Source: a virus
Taxonomy: Duplodnaviria > Caudoviricetes
IMG/VR virus record: IMGVR_UViG_3300032017_000002
Location: 1 to 51,929 of that record
Length of the DNA stretch: 51,929 bases
Strand: one strand, 5' to 3'
The number at the start of each line of letters is the position of its first letter. Within the stretch, counting starts at the first letter, position 1. Below the pieces are notes generated by a model that ran no database searches, was not told the DNA's origin, and worked only from the letters and a program-made list of their open reading frames with translations. The translations under genes and the position numbers were made by a program. Positions 27,923-37,916 of the stretch are shown here, piece after piece.

Positions 27923-28408
27923 TTGGGCACGCCACACGAGCGCGTCGACGTCATCGCCGCCGTGTACGCCCGCTGGCGCGAGATCGAGCTGGAGGGGCGC
28001 CGGCCAGCACTGCGCGCGGTCGGACGGGAGTTCGGCCTGGACCCCTCCACCATCCGCCGCTACGTCGAGCTGGGTCGTCAGGCGGACTCGCTGCGCCCGG
28101 TCTACGACCGGATGCGGACCGGGATCGTCGTGCACGAGGCGCTCGGCGAGCTGCTGGAGGACTCGCTGGCCGACGGGCGCGCGGCCAAGGACGGCAAGGA
28201 GCGGGCGGCGCACCGCATGGTGACGCTGGCCGTCATCGACCGCGTGGTGCGCATGCACGGGCTGAACGCGCCCACCCGGGTGCGCATCGAGCAGGACGAG
28301 GCCGGACCCGATCCGGACCTGGTTGCGGCCGTGTCCGACGAGATCCGGGCGCTACAGAGCCGAGAGCGCGAGCGGGCACTGGACCCGGCGCGCGACGAGG
28401 AGGACTGA
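27923..28408 (+). CDS. HTH DNA-binding protein, terminase-small-subunit-like
   Basis: HTH 'LRAVGREFGLDPSTIRRYV'; C-terminal 'IDRVVRMHGLNAPTRVRIE' resembles the 'R.KLLGLDAP' TerS-type motif. Confidence 0.6.
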   Translation: MGTPHERVDVIAAVYARWREIELEGRRPALRAVGREFGLDPSTIRRYVELGRQADSLRPVYDRMRTGIVVHEALGELLEDSLADGRAAKDGKERAAHRMVTLAVIDRVVRMHGLNAPTRVRIEQDEAGPDPDLVAAVSDEIRALQSRERERALDPARDEED

Positions 28409-28601
28409 GTGATGACTGATTCCGGAGCCCAGGCACGTTCCTGGCTGATCGAGCAGGGACTACTGAGCCTCGACGATGCAGTGGTAGCGACGGCCCAAGA
28501 GAAGACGGCCGAGGAACTCAGAGACCGGCTCGCCGACCGCGCTGACTGGGTCGGCGAGATCTACAAGACCACCCAGCGCAACCGGAAGGGCTGAGGACTG
28601 A

Positions 28602-30071
28602 GTGATGACCGAGATCCCGACCCTGGACGAGGGCCTGCACGGACTGGCCGCGCAGCTGCGCGAAGCGCGCGAGCTGACCGACTCAGTGGACCTAGACCGC
28701 GTGCTGACCGCCGCGTCGGCGGTACTGCAGACGCTCGCTTCGGCGGGCGCGAGCGGGCCGCTGGCGGTGCCGGCGGCGCACGACGGCGACACCTGCGCCG
28801 AGGTCGATCGCCAGCTCGACAACGCGCAGGGCGAGCTGAACAGCATCGGCATGTGGCTGGTCCGTCATGGGGCGAGTCCACGTCGTCCGGACGGCAGCTA
28901 CGACATCGGCGCCGCTCTCGATGAGCTGGTGTCGGCGCAGGCCGTCCCCGCGGGCGACCCGGAAGCCACCCGCCAGCTGCGCCACGCGCTCGGCGGGGGG
29001 GTGAGCGGGGACTGGCACATCCTGCTGGGCAAGGTGCGCGATCTCGCCATGCGCGGCCACCATCGCCTGCGCGCCGTCGCCGAGCTGCTGGCCGCGCTGG
29101 GCGACGACTCCGACGTGATCGACCCGGTCGACGCGTGGGCGAGCGCGCTGGCCGAGGTGCGGTCGCGGGTTGCTCGGACCGACGACCAGGCACGCCAGCT
29201 GTCCGAGGCGCTCGGACAGCTGGATCTGCTACGCCGCACCGTGCCGCCACCGGCCGACGAGGGCGAGCCGGCCGAGCTGGTCGCCGCCGTGCTGGACCGG
29301 ATCCGCTACTCGACCAGCCACGCGGCCGAACTGCAGGGTGAGCAGGCCGGGTTCCTCGGCGAACTGCGCGAGCTGCTCGGGCTGAGCGGCGGCGTGCCCG
29401 AGCTGGACAGGGCCCGCCAGCAGGTTATCGGCAACGTTCGCACGCTGGTGCAGCGCCTGGCGGCCAAGAGCAAGCAGGCCACCTTCCAGCAGATGCACAC
29501 GCGCGACACGCAACGCTCCGAACACTCGACGCTGGTGGACATGCTCAAGGTGCTGGCGACCTACGCGCCCGGCCACGAGGAGATGAGCGCCGACGAGCTG
29601 CGCGCGGAGGTGAATGGGGTGCTCGGGCGCACGCTGGCCGACCTGCAGGTCGCCCAGCGGGAACGCGACTTCTACGGCGCCCACCTGCGCCGGATCAACT
29701 CAGCACTCGACCTGCATCCGCACGCGGACCCGGAGACGACCAGACGGGCGATCACCACACTGCAGCAGCGGGTCGAGGAGATGGGCGACCGGATCGAGCA
29801 GGTGCGTCAGCTGCACGGCGAAGGGGTCAACGGTTGGTGTGTCGCCTGCGATGAGCAGCAGTCGCCCTGCCGGACCGCCCAGGCGCTGGGCGACGAGGAA
29901 CCACCCGAGTCGGACGACGACCCGGACGAGGACGAGCCGGCGCCCGACCCGGTGCCGGTGCTGCGCCCGGACGGCTGGACGCACGGCACCGACCGGGGTC
30001 CGCGGACCTGGCAGGACTCGCCCACCACGCGGCTGCGGATCTCGCCGCCCGACGGGTCGGCCCCGCTGTGA
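28602..30071 (+). CDS. Large coiled-coil hypothetical protein
   Basis: Heptad-rich; terminal 'LH...WCVAC...SPCRT..AL' Zn motif. Confidence 0.6.
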   Translation: MMTEIPTLDEGLHGLAAQLREARELTDSVDLDRVLTAASAVLQTLASAGASGPLAVPAAHDGDTCAEVDRQLDNAQGELNSIGMWLVRHGASPRRPDGSYDIGAALDELVSAQAVPAGDPEATRQLRHALGGGVSGDWHILLGKVRDLAMRGHHRLRAVAELLAALGDDSDVIDPVDAWASALAEVRSRVARTDDQARQLSEALGQLDLLRRTVPPPADEGEPAELVAAVLDRIRYSTSHAAELQGEQAGFLGELRELLGLSGGVPELDRARQQVIGNVRTLVQRLAAKSKQATFQQMHTRDTQRSEHSTLVDMLKVLATYAPGHEEMSADELRAEVNGVLGRTLADLQVAQRERDFYGAHLRRINSALDLHPHADPETTRRAITTLQQRVEEMGDRIEQVRQLHGEGVNGWCVACDEQQSPCRTAQALGDEEPPESDDDPDEDEPAPDPVPVLRPDGWTHGTDRGPRTWQDSPTTRLRISPPDGSAPL

Positions 30072-30664
30072 ACGTCCTGGTGGCCTGCGAGTACTCGGCC
30101 AGGGTGCGCGACGCCTTCCGCGCCCGCGGACACGACGCGTGGTCCTGTGACCTTGAGCCGACCCGCGGTGATCCCACCTGGCACCTCCAGGGCGACGTGA
30201 CGGGCCGGCTCGGCGACGGGTGGGATCTGCTGGTCGCGTTCCCTCCGTGCCAGTACCTGACCAACTCGAACGCCTGGCGCTGGGACGCCATCACCGAGCA
30301 GCGTGCGCAGGCGCTGGCGTTCGTGCGCACGCTGCTCGGTGCGCCCATCCCCCGTATCGCGGTGGAGAACCCGGTGGGTGCCATCGGCACCGCGATCCGC
30401 CCGGCCGACCAGTACGTGCAGCCGTGGCAGTTCGGCGACCCGTGGCAGAAACGGACCGGCCTCTGGCTCGTCGGCCTGCCACCGCTGGCCGCTGAGGTGT
30501 CAGTGCGACCCGCAGGGATCCTCCCCTGGGCGCAGGCCGGCTACGGGCCTCGTAGTGCGAGCGGCAGCAGGACGGCGGGTGGCGCCGTTCGTCGCGCCGC
30601 CGACCGGAGTCTGACGTTTCCTGGCATCGCACGTGCCATGGCTGAGCAGTGGGGGGCGCTGTGA
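30068..30664 (+). CDS. DNA cytosine methyltransferase-like protein
   Basis: 'VLVACEYS..VRDAF...GHDAWSCDL', 'AFPPC', 'ENPVG', 'KRTGLWL', 'RSLTFPGIARAMAEQWG'. Confidence 0.8.
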   Translation: MNVLVACEYSARVRDAFRARGHDAWSCDLEPTRGDPTWHLQGDVTGRLGDGWDLLVAFPPCQYLTNSNAWRWDAITEQRAQALAFVRTLLGAPIPRIAVENPVGAIGTAIRPADQYVQPWQFGDPWQKRTGLWLVGLPPLAAEVSVRPAGILPWAQAGYGPRSASGSRTAGGAVRRAADRSLTFPGIARAMAEQWGAL

Positions 30665-30891
30665 GCGAGGTGGGGGCGCCGACGTCCTACGGCGAGCTGG
30701 CCGAGGTGCTCGGCCAGCTCGGCCTGCTGGTGCGCGAGGCGCGCCGGGTGCGGCGGCTGTCAGTGAACCAGGCCGGTGCGCAGATGGGTCTCAATGCGTC
30801 CACCGTGATGCGCCTGGAGGCCGGCCAGGCGGTCCACGTGGATACCGCGCGTGCGGTGCTGCGATGGCTGGACGCCGGACCGCGGGCGTGA
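30661..30891 (+). CDS. Xre-family HTH protein
   Basis: 'VREARRVRRLSVNQAGAQMGLNASTVMRLEAG'. Confidence 0.8.
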   Translation: MSEVGAPTSYGELAEVLGQLGLLVREARRVRRLSVNQAGAQMGLNASTVMRLEAGQAVHVDTARAVLRWLDAGPRA

Positions 30892-31086
30892 GCGGCCTGC
30901 GGCCGGTGAACGGCTGGATCCTGGACCTGATCCACGCTGCCGACCTGGGCGCGCCGTGGCCGACCCGGTGGTCGTGGGGCCCGCCGGCGCTGCCCTGGCA
31001 CCCCTCGCAGGACAAGGACCTGGTAGAGCTGCCCGACGGCACGCTCGGCGCGCCCGGTCAGTCGGTCGTGGCGGTGGCATGACGCC

Positions 31087-32709
31087 ATGGCGCTGCACCT
31101 GCCGCAGGGCTACGACCGTGAGGCGCTGCTGGAGCCGCTGACCGAGGTGGTGCGCCACCGGGGCGACTGGGTGGCGCGGTGGAAGGTCGACGGACAGTTC
31201 CGGCGCGACATCACCGTGCACTCCCCTGCCCGGTTCGCGCTGATCTACCTGCCCCACCAGCTGCGCAGCCGGGAGACCGGGATGCGCTACTCGCTGGCCC
31301 GGCTGCACCTGGACCTGGCCAAGCGGGCGCGGCGCTGGGCGCGCCCGGGCGGGTTCCGCGACGCCGTCGTGGCACCGCGGTTCTCGGCCAAGAGCACGTG
31401 GGACCTGGTCATCAATCCCATGTGGGCGCTGGCGCACCGGCATCGGCGCCTGGTGCTCGGGGTGGGTGACTCGGTCGAGCAGATCCGTCCGCACCTGGGC
31501 ACCTGGCGCGCCGAGCTGGCCGACAACGCGCTGTTGCGCCAGGACTTCCCGCATCTGATCCCGGCGCGCCGGCCAGGGGTACAGGACACCGCGAGCACGG
31601 TGACCACGCGCGACGGCTGCACGTTCGCGGTGCGCTCGCTGGGCTCGCGCACGCGCGGACTCAAGATCGGGTCGGACCGCCCGGACGTGATCGTCATCGA
31701 CGACCCGGAACCGGACGGCGCGGACTACTCCGATCGCGCCCGCGCGCGCCGGTTGGAGATCATCCGCAACACCCTGCTGCCGATGAACGAGCAGGCGGCC
31801 GTGGTGCTGCAGGGCACCGTGGTGCGCTACGGGGCGATCATGCACGACGTGGTGCTGGCGGCCGGCTCATGTGCCAACACGTCCCCGAAGGGGTCACCGG
31901 CCGCCAGCGAGAACTCCAGGTTGCCCGCAGCGCCATCCACGGTAGCCGACTGGGTCACCGAAGAGGGGTTCGCCTGTCACCATTACCCGGCCATCGTCAC
32001 CGGACCCGACGGGGTCGAGCACTCGTTCTGGGAGCAGCGCTACGCGCTGGCCTGGCTACTCGGCCAGCGACACCTGCACTCCTACGCGCTGAACTTCGAC
32101 GGCCGCCCGCCCGCGCCCGGGGGGCGGCACTTCCGCGCGGACAGCTTCGCCTACGGCCGGCGGCCGGTCCGCGAGCTGGTGATGTTCATCGACACCGCAC
32201 CCACGGTGACCGACGCGTCGGACTACACGGCCTACGTGGTCGGCGGACTGGCCGACGACGGGCGGGTGCAGCTGGAGTACGCGCGGGCGTGGCGGCTGAC
32301 CAGCACGCAGATCCGCGAGCGCGCGCAAGCGCTGTGCGCCACCGACGACCGGATCCGCACGGTCTACCTGGAGCGCAACGTGGCTCACGACTGGGCGCGC
32401 GGGGTGCTGGAGCCGATCGACCTGCGCACCCGGGAGCCGGTGCGCCTGGCGCCCGGGGTGCGCGTGGAGACCTACCTGGCCGGCGGGTCGAAGAACGGGC
32501 GGATCGCGGTGCTGCTCGACGACGTGGAGCGCGGTGACGTGCGCCTGGGAGATCGGGACTGCGCCCGCGAGCTGGTCGCACAGGCCCAGCGCTGGCCGGA
32601 CGTGGACCACGACGACCTGGTCGATGCGGGCGCCGCGCTGGTCGATCATCTGCTGCGCGGATCGGAGTCAGGACCCACCCGCGCGGGTGCTCGGACGTCC
32701 TCCAGGTAG
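31087..32709 (+). CDS. Terminase large subunit-like ATPase/nuclease (second copy, outside the head module)
   Basis: Walker A-like 'APRFSAKST', Walker B 'RPDVIVIDDPE', motif 'LQGT', RNase H-like C-terminal 'FIDTA...SDYTA...HDDLVDA'. Confidence 0.82.
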   Translation: MALHLPQGYDREALLEPLTEVVRHRGDWVARWKVDGQFRRDITVHSPARFALIYLPHQLRSRETGMRYSLARLHLDLAKRARRWARPGGFRDAVVAPRFSAKSTWDLVINPMWALAHRHRRLVLGVGDSVEQIRPHLGTWRAELADNALLRQDFPHLIPARRPGVQDTASTVTTRDGCTFAVRSLGSRTRGLKIGSDRPDVIVIDDPEPDGADYSDRARARRLEIIRNTLLPMNEQAAVVLQGTVVRYGAIMHDVVLAAGSCANTSPKGSPAASENSRLPAAPSTVADWVTEEGFACHHYPAIVTGPDGVEHSFWEQRYALAWLLGQRHLHSYALNFDGRPPAPGGRHFRADSFAYGRRPVRELVMFIDTAPTVTDASDYTAYVVGGLADDGRVQLEYARAWRLTSTQIRERAQALCATDDRIRTVYLERNVAHDWARGVLEPIDLRTREPVRLAPGVRVETYLAGGSKNGRIAVLLDDVERGDVRLGDRDCARELVAQAQRWPDVDHDDLVDAGAALVDHLLRGSESGPTRAGARTSSR

Positions 32710-32786
32710 GGGTTACCGTGATCGTCCCCCCGGTCGGATCCCCCCGGTCCGGTCGGGGGCCTCGCGCTCCCCGCGAAACGGGAAAG

Positions 32787-32813
32787 GCCGACCCAGCTGA
32801 CGGCTGGGTCGGC
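32787..32813. terminator. Hairpin downstream of the terminase-like gene
   Basis: gccgacccagc-tgacg-gctgggtcggc. Confidence 0.5.
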
Positions 32814-32936
32814 CGGCTCCCGACAGAACAAACGCTCGCTCCCCGCGTGAAAGGAAGCACCCCACATGATAGGGCATTGGTCCACATCGGACCCCATGGG
32901 TAGTGGTAACGGGTCCGGAATCGGCGGGATCGCGTC

Positions 32937-34937
32937 GTGACGGCACCCAGCTCCGGCGAGCGGCTCAACCGGTTCCTGACCCAGGCCGAGAACGGCTACC
33001 ACCTGGTGCCCTGCCGGATCACCCGGCTACCCAACGGCCGCAAGCGGGCGTTCTTCCCACGCGGCTGGAAAGGCGACGTGCCCACGACCGACCCGGAGCT
33101 GATCCGGGACTGGTTCGTGCAGCTCGGGCCCGAGACGGTGTCGTTCGCGATCGCGCACGGCCCGTCGAGCACCGAGGCCGTCGACCTGGATCCGAAGGAC
33201 GGCGGCCCGGCCAGGTGGGCAGACCTCGGGATGCCCGGCTCGCCCGACGTCGTGGAGACCCCCTCGGGCGGTGCGCACCTGTACTGGCGTCGCGTCGGGG
33301 ACGGGATCGGCACTAACGCCGGCAAGCTGGGCGCCGGGATCGACGCGCGCTCGATCGGCGGGGTGACCTTCGCGCCCGGCTCGGTGGTCATCGGCGCGGA
33401 TGGTGAGATCGAGCCGGCGCACTACGTCGGGGACCTACCGAAGGTGGCCGACCTGGAGCCGACCCCCGAGGCCGTGCTGAAGGCGTTCGCCGAGCACCGG
33501 GCGGCCGAGCGGGTCGACGACGGGCGCACCACGGTGAAGGACTACGACTGGGTGGTCTCGGCGCTGCGCGAGCAGCGCGAGCGGGTGCGCGCCTTCGACC
33601 CGCGCACCGAGTCGGGGTTCCGCGAGCTGCTGATGGGCGCGGCGATGATGCTCGGGCGGGTCGCGCAGGCCGGTGTCTGGCCGGGCGAGCGCCTGGCGGC
33701 CGCACTGGAGGCCGATGCGGCCGGCGTGTGGGGTCAGGCCGACGACGATGATCGGGAGTGGATCCGGCGCGGGATGGTCGACGGTCCGGCGCGGGAGCGC
33801 TGGGAGGTCACCGGGATTCCACAGGACCCGGTGAGCGCTTCGGAGCCGGACGCCGAGCCGGAGGTGGACTCCTGGGCACCGGTGGACCTGGGCCCCTACC
33901 TGGACGGGACGGTGGAGCCGATCGCGCCGTCGGTGGGCGTGGTCCGTTCGGACGGCTCGCGACTGCTCTATCCGGGTCTGGAACACGCGATCATCGGCGA
34001 GATGGAGTCGGGCAAGAGCTGGCTCGCGCTGGCTTGCGCGGCTGCCGAGCTGAAGGCCGGTAACCGGGTGGTCTACGTGCACTTCGAGGAGTCCAGCCCG
34101 GCCGAAACGATCGAGCGCCTGCGCCTGCTGCTGGTGCCCACCGACCGGCTGCGTGAGGACTTCGTGTTCATCGGCCCGGAGCGACGAGTGGGCCCAGGCG
34201 TGATCGCGGGGTTGGTGGCCGACCGGGCGCCGACGCTGGTGGTGCTGGACGGCCAGAACGAGGCTATGGCGCTGCACGGCCAGGGGATCCGCGAGGAGGA
34301 CGGCGCGGCGGACTTCCGGCGCCTGCTGGTGAAGCCCTTCGCACGCTGCGGGGCCGCCGTGGTGACGCTGGATCACGTCGTGAAGGACCCCGACCGCAAC
34401 GGCCAGGGCTACGCGCTGGGCAGCGTCCACAAGGGCAACGGGCTGAACGGGGCGCTGATCCTGGTCGAGAACGTCGACCCGTTCGGCAAGGGGCGCAACG
34501 GATCGTCGCAGGTCTACGTCACCAAGGATCGGCCGGGAGAACTGCGCAGGCTGGGCCGTCCGACGAGGGTGGCACGCAAGTTCTTCGTCGGGATGCTCTA
34601 CGTGGAGGCCGAGTCGGGCCCTGGTGGCATGCCGCGCTGGGTGATGCGCTTCGAGCCGCCGGCTCCGGTCGACGACGGCCCCGACGCGGAGTTCGAGCAG
34701 ATGCGCGAGGACCGTCGGAATCGTCAGGTCGACGAGCAGGTCCTGGCGGTCGTACTGGAGCTGTATGGCAAGGGCATCGAGGTGTCCACGAACAAGGTCC
34801 GGGGCGCCGTGAAGGGGCGTGCCTCGGACGTGACCGACGCGCTGTACCGCCTTGAGCGACGCCAGCTGATCCTGAACGAGTCGCTCGGCCAGGCGGCCCG
34901 TTGGGCGCCATTTCGACCCCCGCAACCGAGTCCGTGA
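32937..34937 (+). CDS. Bifunctional primase/polymerase fused to AAA/RecA-like helicase
   Basis: Prim-pol motifs 'VDLDPKDGG', 'VETPSGGAHLYW', 'GIDAR..GG...APGS'; Walker A 'GEMESGKSW'; Walker B 'LVVLDG'. Confidence 0.9.
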   Translation: MTAPSSGERLNRFLTQAENGYHLVPCRITRLPNGRKRAFFPRGWKGDVPTTDPELIRDWFVQLGPETVSFAIAHGPSSTEAVDLDPKDGGPARWADLGMPGSPDVVETPSGGAHLYWRRVGDGIGTNAGKLGAGIDARSIGGVTFAPGSVVIGADGEIEPAHYVGDLPKVADLEPTPEAVLKAFAEHRAAERVDDGRTTVKDYDWVVSALREQRERVRAFDPRTESGFRELLMGAAMMLGRVAQAGVWPGERLAAALEADAAGVWGQADDDDREWIRRGMVDGPARERWEVTGIPQDPVSASEPDAEPEVDSWAPVDLGPYLDGTVEPIAPSVGVVRSDGSRLLYPGLEHAIIGEMESGKSWLALACAAAELKAGNRVVYVHFEESSPAETIERLRLLLVPTDRLREDFVFIGPERRVGPGVIAGLVADRAPTLVVLDGQNEAMALHGQGIREEDGAADFRRLLVKPFARCGAAVVTLDHVVKDPDRNGQGYALGSVHKGNGLNGALILVENVDPFGKGRNGSSQVYVTKDRPGELRRLGRPTRVARKFFVGMLYVEAESGPGGMPRWVMRFEPPAPVDDGPDAEFEQMREDRRNRQVDEQVLAVVLELYGKGIEVSTNKVRGAVKGRASDVTDALYRLERRQLILNESLGQAARWAPFRPPQPSP

Positions 34938-35062
34938 TCTTGCTCCGGGAACCGAGTCCCGCAACCGAGTCCCACAACCGGGTCCCCCTAGAGAGGGGAC
35001 CCGGCGGACCCGGTTGTGGGGACCAGGTCCGGGACTCGGTGGACCAGGTCCGGGACTCGGTT
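34920..35062. repeat. Iterated direct and inverted repeats; candidate replication origin
   Basis: AACCGAGTCC x3 plus AACCGGGTCCC on the left; mirror GGGACTCGGT x2 and GGACCCGG on the right; directly after primase-helicase. Confidence 0.7.
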
Positions 35063-35095
35063 AGTAAGGCAGACCTAAGAGAGGGGCATGCGACC

Positions 35096-35521
35096 ATGAC
35101 CGACATGACCGAACGGACCACGCTCGCCGACGCGGTGCGGACCACGCTCGCCGACGCGGTGCGGACCACGATCGCGTCGCTGGACCCGACCGCCCGCGAG
35201 GGCATCGATGCCGGCGCCTGCGCGCTGGCGGTGCTGCTGGCCGAGGAGATCGACGGTGCCGGCCGGGTTGCCCGGCACCTGGCCGGCGTTGCTCGGGCGG
35301 TGCGCGAGGAGTTCGGGCTGGAGTCCGCGCTCTACGAGGAAGTCCAGGCGCTGACCGCGAAGCTGGCCGAGCGGACCGCGCTGGAGCGCCTCGGCGCCCG
35401 GCTGCAGGCGAGCCTTGAGAGCCTCTGCGCGGTTCCGAAGGCGCGCGGCAAGGCCGCGCTGCCCCCGAAGCCCGGATCGAGCGCCCTGGACGAACTCAGG
35501 GCGCGCCGGGACGCTTCCTGA
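35096..35521 (+). CDS. terS: Terminase small subunit (actinophage type)
   Basis: 'LAVLLAEEID...LG.RL...LESL...PKAR...SALDELRARR'. The N-terminus has a 24-bp tandem repeat (RTTLADAV x2). The exact start is uncertain (35096 or 35106 region). Confidence 0.75.
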   Translation: MTDMTERTTLADAVRTTLADAVRTTIASLDPTAREGIDAGACALAVLLAEEIDGAGRVARHLAGVARAVREEFGLESALYEEVQALTAKLAERTALERLGARLQASLESLCAVPKARGKAALPPKPGSSALDELRARRDAS

Positions 35522-35745
35522 TGGCGGGCACCAGGCACTCGCTGGATCGCTATGAGGACGGCCCCTCCGATGGCGAGCTGCAGGCGCTGCTGCGCGGGCT
35601 GGTCTGGCTGATCGCGTGCGTCGGCGGCGGTGTCCTGGCCGGCTACGCATGGGCCTACGCCGGTCTGCCCGGTGCGATCACGGTGGCGGTGTGCTGGGTG
35701 TCGCTGACTGTCGTCGCGCTCGACGAGGTGGCGGCGGCCGGCTGA
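35521..35745 (+). CDS. Small two-TM membrane protein
   Basis: Hydrophobic segments; TGATG coupling. Confidence 0.5.
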   Translation: MAGTRHSLDRYEDGPSDGELQALLRGLVWLIACVGGGVLAGYAWAYAGLPGAITVAVCWVSLTVVALDEVAAAG

Positions 35746-35829
35746 ACGGCGCGACCTGCAGCGGAGCTTGATCGGCCGCCGTACCCTCCGCAGTGAGAAC
35801 GCTCCCCCATCTCGACCCGGAGGTCTGCA

Positions 35830-36270
35830 GTGTCGGTCACCAGCTACCACGACGTCATGCACGAAGGCGGCCCGCTGGGCGGCCAGCAGGTCACCTACGC
35901 CGGAGAGCCGAAGCTGCGCATGCCCAAGCACGGCGGCACCTACGTGCGCGAGGACGTGCGTCGCGACGACGGCGCGAAGGTGCGCGAGTACCGCTACCGC
36001 TGGGAGGCCGACGACGCGCAGGGCGACGACCCGAACGCGCGCGTGCCCCAGGACGGCGACGACGCGTCGGCGATGCTGCAGCGCGGCCCGGTGACCATCC
36101 CGGAGGGCAGCTCCATGGCCGTGGGCGCCAGTCCGGTGGATGCGGACGAGAACGCGTCGGGGTCCGCCGAGGCCCGGGAGCAGAACGCGCGCGACACGGG
36201 GGCGGCCAAGCCTGCCAGCAAGGCGTCGGCCGGCACGGGTACCTCGTCCACCAAGAGCGCCGGCAAGTAG
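35830..36270 (+). CDS. Hypothetical protein
   Basis: GGAGG RBS; 'GGPL.GQ' N-terminal motif; disordered tail. Confidence 0.55.
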   Translation: MSVTSYHDVMHEGGPLGGQQVTYAGEPKLRMPKHGGTYVREDVRRDDGAKVREYRYRWEADDAQGDDPNARVPQDGDDASAMLQRGPVTIPEGSSMAVGASPVDADENASGSAEAREQNARDTGAAKPASKASAGTGTSSTKSAGK

Positions 36271-36286
36271 CCCCTGATACACCCCC

Positions 36287-36553
36287 ATGCCCTCGGGATC
36301 ACGTCACTGGCGCCAGGGGTCCACGCGCGCGCACAGGCGTGCACGTGCCCTGGTGCTGGCGCGTGACGGGCACGTGTGTCAGGTGCGCAAGCCCTGCTGC
36401 ACCTACCGGGCCACCGAGGCGCATCACAGCCTGGGCAGGGGTACGACGGGGGACGATCCGGCCTACATGGTGGCCAGCTGCAAGCCCTGCAACCTCGAGG
36501 TGGGGGACCCGACACACGTCGACCCACAGCCCATGATCAGGACATGGTGGTGA
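36287..36553 (+). CDS. HNH endonuclease (HK97 gp74-like packaging accessory)
   Basis: 'RALVLARDGHVCQ...C...ATEAHH...ASCKPCN'. Confidence 0.85.
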   Translation: MPSGSRHWRQGSTRAHRRARALVLARDGHVCQVRKPCCTYRATEAHHSLGRGTTGDDPAYMVASCKPCNLEVGDPTHVDPQPMIRTWW

Positions 36554-37087
36554 GCGTGATCGAGAGCACGTGCACCTGCACGAGCAGGCGTGCGTGCTGC
36601 TGCGCGTGCGTGTGGGGGTTCCTCCTACGAGGATCCCCCGATGTCACGCTCGGTCACCTCACTCAGCGTGAGGGGGGTCCCCGTGTGGATCATGACGCTG
36701 AGCGATCGTCACGTGGGGTGACGTGGGGGTCCGGTTCTCTGTCACAGCGAGTGACTCCGCACAGCCACTCTGTTGTGTCCCTCTCTCTCCGTCGCAGGTC
36801 AGAGGCTTGCGGGGCGGCCGCTGAGTGCCCCGCTGGCGGCCTCGCAGCGCGCCGGCGTGCGTCGGGACCCCCGGCCCGCACGCGTCGGCTCCGGCCGTCT
36901 GGCGGCGCCCCCAGAGCGCCACTGGCGGCCGTTCGGCCGGTGCCCGGGGTGATCGCGACCCCGGGCACCGGCGCCCGCCGGCCTCCCGACCTGCGATTCC
37001 TCGTACTCGGAATCCCCAACTACGCAGCGTGACTGACTCCGGAGCGTGACTGCCCCCCGGCGGCGCGCCCGCTCCCTACGGAGAGTG

Positions 37088-37429
37088 ATGACCATGTGGA
37101 CGGCCCCGACCGCCATGCAGTGGCTCAACCTGCTGATCAACTTCCTGCTGCCCATGCTGGTCGCGCTGATCACCAGCCGGGCCGCCGACGGCTGGGCGAA
37201 GGCGGTCACGCTGCTGATCCTGAGCGCCGTGTCCGGGTTCGGCCTGTCGGTGATCGAGGCATACCAGGCCGGCATGCCGCCGGACCTCGGCGTCTCGGCC
37301 TGGAACGCGCTGATCGGGCTGGTGGTGGCCATCGCGGTGCACTTCGGGCTGTGGAAGCCCGGCGGCATCACTGGGTCGCAGGGGCTCATCCAGACGCGCC
37401 TGCCGGGCGGGTTCGGGGGTCAGCCGTGA
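37088..37429 (+). CDS. Holin-like membrane protein
   Basis: Three TMs; 'LLPMLVALIT...KAV.LL.LSAV.G...AIAVHFGLWKP.GITG' actinophage holin pattern. Confidence 0.7.
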   Translation: MTMWTAPTAMQWLNLLINFLLPMLVALITSRAADGWAKAVTLLILSAVSGFGLSVIEAYQAGMPPDLGVSAWNALIGLVVAIAVHFGLWKPGGITGSQGLIQTRLPGGFGGQP

Positions 37430-37544
37430 GTCAGCGAGACGCGGGCAACCAGGTCACCCCGCCCCGGCCGAAGGTTCCCCCGCCACCGCCCCCGCCACCG
37501 GGGCCGAATGCATGCCGGTGCGGCAGTTCGTGCAGGTGCCGCCG

Positions 37545-37916
37545 ATGAGCGATTCCTCGTACGTGGAACCGTCTGCGCTGGCGCCCAGCTCGCCCGAGTC
37601 CGACGAACTCGCTCAGCTCACTGCTCAGCTCGCGGCGTGCGGTCCGGGCGACGAGCCGCTGGCCGTGTACTTCCGGGGGCGGATCGCCGAGCTGGAGGCC
37701 GGTGCGCCCGCGTATCAGAGCGCCATCCCGGAGCCGTGGTGTCCTCCGGACACGAACGGCCAGAGCGCGCACGACGGTCTACTGCTGGGCGCCCAGCTGG
37801 CCGCGCTGGTCGGCAGCTACCTGGCGTCGGGTCCCGGCGCCTCGCGCGCCCAGCTGGCGCTCGCGCTGCGCCGCTACGAGGCATGGGCCGGTCCGGCGGG
37901 CTGGGTGCCGCGATGA
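37545..37916 (+). CDS. Hypothetical protein
   Basis: ATGA overlaps. Confidence 0.45.
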   Translation: MSDSSYVEPSALAPSSPESDELAQLTAQLAACGPGDEPLAVYFRGRIAELEAGAPAYQSAIPEPWCPPDTNGQSAHDGLLLGAQLAALVGSYLASGPGASRAQLALALRRYEAWAGPAGWVPR

